Positions 9,541 through 16,513 of a stretch of DNA of 32,000 nucleotides are shown here, one piece after another. A program made the position numbers and the translations under genes. The DNA comes from Candidatus Saccharimonadota bacterium (GTDB lineage Bacteria; Patescibacteriota; Microgenomatia; UBA1406; GWC2-37-13), in the NCBI GenBank assembly GCA_001790095.1, contig MGBH01000001.1, positions 390,001 to 422,000 on the forward strand, read 5' to 3'. Below the pieces are notes generated by a model that searched no databases, was not told the DNA's origin, and saw only the letters and a list, made by a program, of their open reading frames with translations. The stretch's first letter is position 1. Each line of letters starts with the position of its first letter.

Positions 9541-10713
9541 ATGTTACCTATCTTAATCACCGCTTTTGGATATTTAGCAGTTATTTTCTTTCCCCTAGGT
9601 CAGCTTGCCCGTCTTTCCTTTTTTAATCAGCAAGCAAGCATATATCCTTATGAAGGCTTTATGTTTTTTGGATTTGTGTGCTTGTTGTTACGACACTCCT
9701 TTAAACCACTAAGAGAAACTTCTTCTTATAAACACATACTCCTTTTTTTAATAATATTAATTTTATCTTTTCTGTTAACCATTTATAAATTTGATCTCTA
9801 TGCCAATACGATTGGTTTTATGTATTTAGTTCGACTATGTTTCTATTTCCTGTATTTTGTATACACCGTGTTTCATCTCAACTTTTATAAAAAAGAAAAA
9901 ATACATATTTTTCATCAGCTTCAGTTCACAATTTGGATTATAGTTATCTCTTCTGTTTTACAATATTTATTTTATCCGGATCTCCGCAATCTTCTTTATC
10001 AGGGATGGGATCCTCACCTCTACCGAGTGTTTAGTTTTTTCTTTGAACCATATCTGGCTGGAGCAGCGCTTGTCCTTGCTTTTTATTTTGTGCATTTTAG
10101 AATGTTCAATAAAGAAAAATGTTTAAAAATAAAGATGATCTTACTGGGCTTAATATTTGTTCTTATTATGTTGACTTTTTCGCGAACAGTATATCTTGCA
10201 TTTCTTGGCAGTCTTTTTTTTCTACTTATAAAGGAGGGGAAATTCAAACTTTTTGGATTAACCATTCTTGCGTTTGTCATACTTGCGATATTTATTCCAA
10301 AACCTGTTGGAGTGGGAGTGCAATTGTTTCGTACCTTTTCAATTGAAACAAGAATAAATAACGCAGTAGAGGGAATACGCATTTGGTTAGAAGAACCAGT
10401 AATTGGTGTAGGGTATAATCGGATTCGTTATAAAAAAGCAGCACTTGGACTAACTGATAAATATGATGGTTCTCATGCCGCCTCTTCTTATCACTCAAGC
10501 TTTGTAACGATCTTAGTTGCGGCTGGTGCGTGTGGGATTATTGCTTTTTTGATTTTATTAAGGAAGTTAGCTTCTCTATCTGAGCCTGCTTTTTACTATA
10601 TATTGTTTTTATCTTTGCTTTCGATTGGTGACAATGCTCTTCTTCATCCGTTTATGCTTTTTCTTTATTTGAGACTACTTATGTTTGAATCGTCTCAGTC
10701 GTCTTTAGCATAG
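9541..10713 (+). CDS. O-antigen ligase/polymerase-like (Wzy_C domain) membrane protein
   Basis: 390 aa with about 10 TM helices. It has LTFSRTVYLAFLGSLFF, a large loop, then SYHSSFVTILVAAGACGIIAFLI, matching the aHNsyL..l.E.G..G pattern of Wzy_C/WaaL/PglL-type proteins. Confidence 0.7.
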   Translation: MLPILITAFGYLAVIFFPLGQLARLSFFNQQASIYPYEGFMFFGFVCLLLRHSFKPLRETSSYKHILLFLIILILSFLLTIYKFDLYANTIGFMYLVRLCFYFLYFVYTVFHLNFYKKEKIHIFHQLQFTIWIIVISSVLQYLFYPDLRNLLYQGWDPHLYRVFSFFFEPYLAGAALVLAFYFVHFRMFNKEKCLKIKMILLGLIFVLIMLTFSRTVYLAFLGSLFFLLIKEGKFKLFGLTILAFVILAIFIPKPVGVGVQLFRTFSIETRINNAVEGIRIWLEEPVIGVGYNRIRYKKAALGLTDKYDGSHAASSYHSSFVTILVAAGACGIIAFLILLRKLASLSEPAFYYILFLSLLSIGDNALLHPFMLFLYLRLLMFESSQSSLA

Positions 10714-11405
10714 GTGATCTTTAGAGATTTTTTTTCTTCGTTCCCAACGATATCTTCAGCTACTATCTCGATAATATTATCACCATCGTTCAATTTGTAC
10801 CATGTTTGAAAACCTCCGTTTGCATCAACTACAACCGGTTGGCCATTAATCTTTATATATGTTTCTTTTCCTGTTTTACCAGCGATTTTTATCTCCTGTT
10901 TATTAGTTCGAGAATTATCATTAGGATCAGTGATTTCAAGCGTAGGTTTCTCATCTTTATATATGACAGTAAAGACTGAGGATTTTTTTGTTTGCGAAAA
11001 CTTTTTGGATTTGGCTATAAAATAAAGAGAATTTTCTCCTTTTTCAAGTCCGCGTATCTCATCGGCAAAAACGTCATTTATCACAGCAACCTCCGTCATT
11101 TTTTCATGATTCAAATATACCTCAACTATATCAAAGTTTACTGTGGAACCAGATACGCTAAGTTGCGAACTACTAGTTGCTGATGGTGGAGGATCTATCA
11201 TAAGACTGGTGAGGGTCTGATCTTTTTTTACTTCTTCATTCTTGCTTCTTTGTGAATTTGCAAGTTCGTTAATCAAAAGGGAGCCATTGATAATGATTCT
11301 AAATCCATATGTTGCAAGAAGTATAATAAACGCCATAAGCAGGACAAAAAAGAAAATGGCCTTATATGCTAGTTGTTTTTGTTGATGATTGGATAGTCTA
11401 CTCAT
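10695..11405 (-). CDS. Membrane-anchored surface protein with two Ig-like/beta-sandwich repeats and an S/T/P-rich linker
   Basis: N-terminal TM helix (AIFFFVLLMAFIILLATYGF) followed by the linker IDPPPSATSSSQLSVSGST. Two repeats fit the pattern V..NG..V....G.F.....L..G.N.I.V.A.D..GN (for example IKINGQPVVVDANGGFQTWYKLNDGDNIIEIVAEDIVGN). Its 3' end overlaps 9541-10713 by 19 nt (convergent). Confidence 0.6.
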   Translation of the reverse strand: MSRLSNHQQKQLAYKAIFFFVLLMAFIILLATYGFRIIINGSLLINELANSQRSKNEEVKKDQTLTSLMIDPPPSATSSSQLSVSGSTVNFDIVEVYLNHEKMTEVAVINDVFADEIRGLEKGENSLYFIAKSKKFSQTKKSSVFTVIYKDEKPTLEITDPNDNSRTNKQEIKIAGKTGKETYIKINGQPVVVDANGGFQTWYKLNDGDNIIEIVAEDIVGNEEKKSLKITYAKDD

Positions 11406-11459
11406 AACCGAGTTATATTGTACACCTTTTTTCTTAAAATTTACCAGCCAGACGCCTTG

Positions 11460-11532
11460 AGCCAGCTATCGGACTTGAACCGATAACCTACTGTTTACGA
11501 TACAGTTGCTCTACCAATTGAGCTAAGCCGGC
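11460..11532 (-). tRNA. tRNA-Thr (anticodon CGU)
   Basis: The reverse complement GCCGGCT-TA-GCTC-AATTGGTA-GAGC-A-ACTGT-ATCGTAA-ACAGT-AGGTT-ATCGG-TTCAAGT-CCGAT-AGCTGGC-T folds as a canonical 73-nt cloverleaf. The acceptor stem has 7 bp including one G-U. CCA is not encoded. Confidence 0.9.
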
Positions 11533-11552
11533 ATAGTGATTAATTATACCAC

Positions 11553-11561
11553 TCGACAGCC
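11553..11561 (-). promoter_or_regulatory. Candidate extended -10 promoter (TGgTATAAT) for tRNA-Thr
   Basis: The minus strand reads tggtataat. The hexamer ends about 20 nt upstream of the mature tRNA 5' end. Confidence 0.4.
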
Positions 11562-11583
11562 ACTTCTAACCGACGCGGTTATT

Positions 11584-11592
11584 TGTTATACT
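11584..11592 (+). promoter_or_regulatory. Candidate extended -10 promoter (TGtTATACT) driving the tRNA-like element and ORF 11680
   Basis: tgttatact lies about 20 nt upstream of the tRNA-like 5' end (11613). It is divergent from the tRNA-Thr promoter candidate. Confidence 0.3.
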
Positions 11593-11612
11593 ACTTTAAT
11601 TACGGAAATATA

Positions 11613-11678
11613 GGGGGGATGGTGTAGAAGCAGCATTGCCGTTTACGGCAGGTATCAGTTCAATACTGGTTCCCTCCA
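11613..11678 (+). ncRNA. tRNA-like element or degenerate tRNA: acceptor stem and T-arm intact, no canonical D or anticodon arm
   Basis: GGGGGGA (11613-11619) pairs with TCCCTCC (11671-11677): 7 bp with one G-U. The T-arm is ATCAG-TTCAATA-CTGGT. The central hairpin TGCCG-TTTA-CGGCA has a 4-nt loop, not a 7-nt anticodon loop. Total length is about 66 nt, and no convincing D-stem is present. Confidence 0.3.
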
Positions 11679-11679
11679 C

Positions 11680-12672
11680 ATGGATTTAGATGTTTTCTTA
11701 AAAAAATTAGTAGAACAAAAACCCATTTTCAAACCCTCTTTTGAGGAAGAAAAAGCGATAAAACTTGAGGGTATTGTTAAATTTATTGTCAAGAAACTTA
11801 ACTCCTCTTCCTATAAAGCGTCTGCAATAACTCCTGATTATTTAGTAAAAGTCAAGGATAAGATAAATTTGTGCGTCAATCATGAAGTCCCCATCCATTT
11901 TACTGTTCCGTTTGGCGCCGTAAAAGTCCCAACTCTACCCACCGCCCCAGGTATTGATTGGGGTGAGGTTTTCGCCATAATTTTTTTACGTGATTATTTA
12001 GCCCCGATTGCAAAGATGTATAAACATGGAGTCATTCTTGATTATATTTCCGTTGCTGTTTTTGAGGAGAAAATGAATTATTTTCCGCATAAAGACGTAA
12101 TTCTTTATGACCGCGAATTTGAAAAATTAATTAAGATTTTTAAAAATCATTTTCCTGAGAATTTATCATTAAATTTTAAACGAGTTACCGATCATCTTCC
12201 CAAAGAACCTATGCTCAAAATGATAGATAAAAAAGTCGTTGAGTTAAAACGTAATTGGATGCAAAACTCAGAAGAGGTAAGAAATACCAAAATCATGCGG
12301 GCAAAACGCAACTGTTGTTTGGACGCAAAGGACAAAGATTATGATAAAAAAATACTAGACAGTATTTTTGTTCACGATGCTTTTTGTTCGGAGTGTTGGA
12401 CGCTTGACAGTGCCCCGTGGGATAAGAAAGACATGATTACATTGGGCTATCGTTATACGGATGGTTGGGCTATCCATATTAGATCGGCTCGGGGTTCAAC
12501 TGTAAATTTCTGGTCAGGGATGGGCGCTTTGTTGAAAAGAGACAAAGATATAATACCAACTATTCTTAGTTTAAAACAGTATAAAGATCTGGAAAACAAT
12601 ATTAGGTTACAAAAAGTAAAGGTCTTTGATGAAGAATTCAAAAATCTTAACAAAATTCCCGTTGTCAGTTAA
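11680..12672 (+). CDS. Hypothetical protein, 330 aa (orphan; faint DIT1/PvcA-like N-terminal motif, unverified)
   Basis: Long uninterrupted ORF with no TM helices. The ATG follows the tRNA-like 3' end after 1 nt and no SD is visible. EVPIHFTVPFGAVKVP..GIDWGEVFAIIFLRDYLAPIAKMYKHGVILDYIS loosely recalls the PIHF.LPaFP.KSP...PD.aE...L..L...I...Y.PG pattern of PvcA/DIT1, and the length is similar. This is recall-based only. Confidence 0.55.
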   Translation: MDLDVFLKKLVEQKPIFKPSFEEEKAIKLEGIVKFIVKKLNSSSYKASAITPDYLVKVKDKINLCVNHEVPIHFTVPFGAVKVPTLPTAPGIDWGEVFAIIFLRDYLAPIAKMYKHGVILDYISVAVFEEKMNYFPHKDVILYDREFEKLIKIFKNHFPENLSLNFKRVTDHLPKEPMLKMIDKKVVELKRNWMQNSEEVRNTKIMRAKRNCCLDAKDKDYDKKILDSIFVHDAFCSECWTLDSAPWDKKDMITLGYRYTDGWAIHIRSARGSTVNFWSGMGALLKRDKDIIPTILSLKQYKDLENNIRLQKVKVFDEEFKNLNKIPVVS

Positions 12673-12680
12673 TCACAAGT

Positions 12681-13529
12681 CTACCTAAAGCTTTCGTTGC
12701 GTATTTTATCAAGCCACTGAATGATTGTTTCCACAAGGTGATTTTCAGAACCAATATAACTGTGATTGGCACCTTTTATTACCTTAATGGTCACATCTTT
12801 GGGCTTCTTTGATCTCAATATATTCACAATTTCCTTAATTGATTTGGTTTTACAAGAATTTTTGATAAATGTGTCTTTCTCTCCAAATACCACCAATAAC
12901 GGTTCTTGAATTTGTTCAAATATGCGCCAGTTTTTCGAATGAGGATTATGATAGGGATGCAGCGTGCCGGCTCCATTTTCAGTAAGATATCCTGAATAAG
13001 TTATGGCTGACATAGGACAGATAATGCTTAGTTTTTGAGGAAGAAGATCTCTACTTTTCCCCTCCCTAATAAGCTTTTTTATCGTTTCATTGATCTGTAT
13101 ATATTTTTTTTCACCATACTTGACCAGCATATACCCAGCATCATTTTGTGGTGACAGATGAATTTGGCCTATTATCTTTAAGTTTTTTAATTTGTGTTGA
13201 GAATAAAGTATTTTTTGAGCACCAAGACTATGACCTTGCAGAATAATTCTTTTTATCTTTTGTTTAACAAGAAAATTGATCCAGGCTTGTATATCTAAAA
13301 CGGAGTCCTCAAATTTTTCAAAACCACCACCAATACTTATCCATTCAACAATATTTTTACTGTGTTTTCGTATATCTGCATAGACATCATGGCCCCGGTT
13401 ATTTGCAGTCAAAAACGATATGTCTAATTTTTGTAAAGCTTTTCCTTCTGTCTCAATAAACTTATGAGTATAAAAATCTCCTGCAGTACCATGTATATGA
13501 AGTACGGCAGTATCACTCTGTTGATTCAC
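12681..13529 (-). CDS. Alpha/beta-fold hydrolase (serine hydrolase)
   Basis: Motifs VLHIHGTAGDFY, the nucleophile elbow LQGHSLGAQK (G-H-S-L-G), and GANHSY near the C-terminus. The start is GTG. The in-frame upstream codons (YGWSTCKNDHFFW) look protein-like but contain no start codon, so the gene may be 5'-truncated. Confidence 0.7.
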   Translation of the reverse strand: MNQQSDTAVLHIHGTAGDFYTHKFIETEGKALQKLDISFLTANNRGHDVYADIRKHSKNIVEWISIGGGFEKFEDSVLDIQAWINFLVKQKIKRIILQGHSLGAQKILYSQHKLKNLKIIGQIHLSPQNDAGYMLVKYGEKKYIQINETIKKLIREGKSRDLLPQKLSIICPMSAITYSGYLTENGAGTLHPYHNPHSKNWRIFEQIQEPLLVVFGEKDTFIKNSCKTKSIKEIVNILRSKKPKDVTIKVIKGANHSYIGSENHLVETIIQWLDKIRNESFR

Positions 13530-13601
13530 CCAGAAGAAGTGATCGTTTTTACAAGTTGACCATCCATAGCGGTTTAGATTATATTATTTAAACACGAATA
13601 A

Positions 13602-14309
13602 TTATTTGCTGTTTGATAATGGTAACAGACTCCAACTTTCTATAATCTCTCTTTTTTTAAAGACTGCGTTACAACTTGCAAGTGTTACCGAGTCTATGAT
13701 GTAAGGCATAAATTGCATAGTGTCGGATAGATTATGTACTTCGTTGATAAAATGAGATGTTGGTCTTTCTTGAAATCGAGCCAAGGTCATGTTTATAAAA
13801 AAATATTTATTATTTGTATACACTTTATCATCGGGAATACCCTTTTCATGCAATGCTTTGTCCAAATCCAGAATAAGATTGTCAAGCTTATCTTCAGTTG
13901 TACCCACAAGAGCTAAATTGTGAGGGAAAATGATAAGTTTGTATAGAAAAACTTTAAAACTGTGATGGAAGGGAACAACTCTAGCAAATACATCTTTAGC
14001 TGTTTGTTTGATTTTTTCATCAAATCGAGGAGGATCGTTCACCACACGGATGCCCTTAATAGTAAAGTGAAGGGAGTCCGGCGAATAATAATACAGATTA
14101 GGGGCTATCTTTTGAATGGGTATTATTAAGGAATTATGTATTTGTTTTAAAAGGTTTTGGTGGGGTAAATGAACACCGGTCAGACCGATACGCGTATCAT
14201 TTTCATAATCTGTGACTGGTGAAACCGTGCTAAACTTCAAAGACGAAGAAAGTATCTGTCGTTCAATGTCATCTATTATCTTTCTTTGCTTAGATTGATG
14301 GTTGGTCAT
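13602..14309 (-). CDS. Hypothetical protein, possible 2H-phosphoesterase (LigT/2'-5' RNA ligase-like) with a degenerate second motif
   Basis: 235 aa. The first motif, SLHFTIKGI, fits H-x-T-x. The second, FFINMTLARF, has N where the second catalytic His is expected. The spacing between motifs (about 95 aa) fits the 2H fold. Confidence 0.35.
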   Translation of the reverse strand: MTNHQSKQRKIIDDIERQILSSSLKFSTVSPVTDYENDTRIGLTGVHLPHQNLLKQIHNSLIIPIQKIAPNLYYYSPDSLHFTIKGIRVVNDPPRFDEKIKQTAKDVFARVVPFHHSFKVFLYKLIIFPHNLALVGTTEDKLDNLILDLDKALHEKGIPDDKVYTNNKYFFINMTLARFQERPTSHFINEVHNLSDTMQFMPYIIDSVTLASCNAVFKKREIIESWSLLPLSNSK

Positions 14310-14431
14310 ATAAGTTTTAGTTACACCAGGTTTAATTATACAACTCGATAAACTGGAACACCATTTAGGAATAAATAGTTTTCAAAAATTTGATACACTA
14401 TTTCCTTCTAAAGATTGTTAAAAAGTATTAT

Positions 14432-15328
14432 ATGACAAGAGACCAACTAACCAATACCGTAGTGATGATATCTCCTGGACATTTTGGATTTAATAAGCAG
14501 ACAGCTAATACAAACTCATTCCAACATGAAATTAGTGATTCTGAAACAGAAGTTCAGAATAAAGCTCTACATGAGTTTAATGAGATGGTGGATAAGCTTA
14601 AAAAAGTAAATATTAATGTACTTGTTTTATCAAGTAGAAAAGATGTCGTTACTCCTGATTCTATATTCCCAAACAATTGGTTTTCTCATCACCAAAAAGA
14701 AAAACTAATCGTTTATCCGATGCTCACAGAAAACAGACGTGCCGAGAGACAAGTAACCGAATTAAAGCAGCTCCTAAAGACTTCAAGCATTTCTGTTAAG
14801 GAGGTTGTTGATCTAACGGAAGATGAAAAAGATGGAATGATATTGGAGGGAACTGGTAGTCTAGTATTAGATCGGCAGCACAAGGTCGCTTTTGCGATGG
14901 AATCTCCTAGAACAACCCACCAAGAATTTAATAAGTGGTGCCAAATAATGGATTACGAAGGAGTTTTTTTTCATGCATATGATGCGAAAAATTTTCCAAT
15001 CTATCATACCAATGTAACTATGAATATAGGAGAGAAATTTGCAATTGTTTGTCTTGAGTCCATTAGAGATAAGGTGGAAAGACATTATTTAGAAAATAAG
15101 CTAAAAAAACTAGGCAAAGAAATAATTTCTATCACAGTAGATCAAATGTCTCAATTTTGTGGAAACGTTTTACAACTTTTATCTAATGATGGAGAATCAA
15201 TAATAACTATGTCAGAAACAGCTTTTTCTGGATTTACTGAGACACAACACAAAATTCTGCAGAAATATGGAAAAATCATTACCGTTCGGGTTCCTACGAT
15301 TGAGATGGTCGGAGGAGGAAGCGCTTGA
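14432..15328 (+). CDS. Amidinotransferase-superfamily protein (CtlX/COG4874-like), C-terminally truncated by an in-frame TGA before the catalytic Cys
   Basis: The N-terminus VVMISPGHFGFNKQTANTNSFQ and the C-terminus VPTIEMVGGGSA-(TGA)-CMLAEVFAN-(TAA) match the GGGSxRCM ending of guanidino-modifying enzymes. I preferred the ATG at 14432 (MTRDQ) to the TTG at 14390. Confidence 0.7.
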   Translation: MTRDQLTNTVVMISPGHFGFNKQTANTNSFQHEISDSETEVQNKALHEFNEMVDKLKKVNINVLVLSSRKDVVTPDSIFPNNWFSHHQKEKLIVYPMLTENRRAERQVTELKQLLKTSSISVKEVVDLTEDEKDGMILEGTGSLVLDRQHKVAFAMESPRTTHQEFNKWCQIMDYEGVFFHAYDAKNFPIYHTNVTMNIGEKFAIVCLESIRDKVERHYLENKLKKLGKEIISITVDQMSQFCGNVLQLLSNDGESIITMSETAFSGFTETQHKILQKYGKIITVRVPTIEMVGGGSA

Positions 15329-15368
15329 TGTATGTTAGCTGAAGTTTTTGCCAATTAAGTAATCAAAT

Positions 15369-16355
15369 TTAATGTTCAAGAATTGTTAATTTAGTTTCTT
15401 TTTGGTTCACACTCAAAAAAATTGTCCCACCTACAGGAAAAGTAATTTTAGGGTCACTATGACCAAAATCGGCATTTCCTATTATGGGAATATGCGTGAG
15501 TTGTTTTTTGAATTTAACTATCTGTCTCAACAGATCGAAAGTCATATTACTGTCTTTTTGAAATCTACCGAAAACTATACCCTTAACTCCATTAAATCCC
15601 GATTGGTGAATTATTGATTGAAAATCTCTATCAAAATGATGTGGAAGAGATTCGGAGTCATCCTCGATAAATAGCACAGAGTTCGTTAAGTCTGGCATGT
15701 ATTGGGAACCATGCAATAAATTAAAAGTACAAAGGTTACCACCCAAAAGAGTTCCCTTTGCACTCCCTTCATTTAAAATCCAAAACCCATCATTTTTTAG
15801 CAAACTTCTATCATCTTGAGCTCTCCACCACTGGTCATCACTCCATTCTTCACTTGGTATTACGTCGAATTCTTCAGACTTCATCAAACACTTTTTAAAA
15901 TAATCTATGGTGTAATCCAAATAAAGTTTTTGACCAAAGGATGAATAGTGGGGTCCCGAGTAGGTAACAAGTCCTGTTTTAGCAAAAAAAGAATTATTTA
16001 GTGCTGTAATATCTGAATAACCACAGAGAATCTTTGGATTATTTCTAATCAAATCCCAGTCAATATAGTCCAAAAGTTGGTTGCTATTAAAACCGCCAAT
16101 TACGGTTATGACAGCTTTTACGTCCTTATCTGAGAAAGCATTATGTAAATCTTCAATTCTGGATTCTATTGAAGAGGAGTTGAAATCATCTTTTTCTTCA
16201 ACATGTTTCCCAAAAGTCAATTTTAATCCGAGTTCTTTAAACCGAATTTTAGCAATATCTCTTAATTCTTGACTAATTATTCCTAAGGAGCGCGCTGGTG
16301 AAATAACTCTGACAAGATCTCCTTTATTTAGTTTTCGTGGATATACTTTTTGCAT
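15369..16355 (-). CDS. Peptidase S66 family LD-carboxypeptidase (LdcA/MccF-like)
   Basis: Motifs LNKGDLVRVISPA, VITVIGGFNSNQLLDYIDW, the nucleophile motif CGYSDITALN, FIEDDSE, and GNADFGHSDPKITFPVGG. Confidence 0.8.
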   Translation of the reverse strand: MQKVYPRKLNKGDLVRVISPARSLGIISQELRDIAKIRFKELGLKLTFGKHVEEKDDFNSSSIESRIEDLHNAFSDKDVKAVITVIGGFNSNQLLDYIDWDLIRNNPKILCGYSDITALNNSFFAKTGLVTYSGPHYSSFGQKLYLDYTIDYFKKCLMKSEEFDVIPSEEWSDDQWWRAQDDRSLLKNDGFWILNEGSAKGTLLGGNLCTFNLLHGSQYMPDLTNSVLFIEDDSESLPHHFDRDFQSIIHQSGFNGVKGIVFGRFQKDSNMTFDLLRQIVKFKKQLTHIPIIGNADFGHSDPKITFPVGGTIFLSVNQKETKLTILEH

Positions 16356-16397
16356 TTTTTGTTATCTTATGTAAGTTTACAATTACTTCTGTGCATC

Positions 16398-16471
16398 TGG
16401 AGCGGGATACGGGAATTGAACCCGCTTCTCATCCTTGGGAAGGACGTATACTACCGGTGTACTAATCCCGC
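16398..16471 (-). tRNA. tRNA-Gly (anticodon CCC), CCA encoded
   Basis: The reverse complement GCGGGAT-TA-GTAC-ACCGGTA-GTAT-A-CGTCC-TTCCCAA-GGATG-AGAA-GCGGG-TTCAATT-CCCGT-ATCCCGC-T-CCA is a canonical cloverleaf with discriminator U. Confidence 0.9.
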
Positions 16472-16483
16472 AGTGTAAACTAT

Positions 16484-16511
16484 ATTATAGCGGTTATATT
16501 CATTGTGGCAA
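16484..16511 (-). promoter_or_regulatory. Candidate sigma70-type promoter for tRNA-Gly (-35 TTGCCA, 16-nt spacer, -10 TATAAT)
   Basis: The minus strand reads ttgcca-N16-tataat. The -10 element ends 12 nt upstream of the tRNA 5' end. Confidence 0.45.
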
Positions 16512-16513
16512 GG

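Noticed and set aside
11613-11678. Annotating the tRNA-like element as a functional tRNA gene
   Set aside because: I could fold no 7-nt anticodon loop and no D-stem. At about 66 nt it is too short for a canonical bacterial tRNA.
15326-15328. The idea that TGA is recoded genome-wide (as in some candidate phyla), making the amidinotransferase-like gene intact
   Set aside because: TGA terminates several conserved genes at their expected ends (4595-5686, htpX at 18797, gatB at 26466, atpZ-like at 30115, atpF at 31636). Reading through those stops would not extend homology.
11460-16471. Calling the tRNA-flanked region an integrative mobile element or genomic island
   Set aside because: I found no integrase, recombinase or transposase ORF and no direct repeat of either tRNA 3' end. 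The tRNA-like element at 11613-11678 does not match the T-arm of either tRNA. It is kept only as a hypothesis in the findings.
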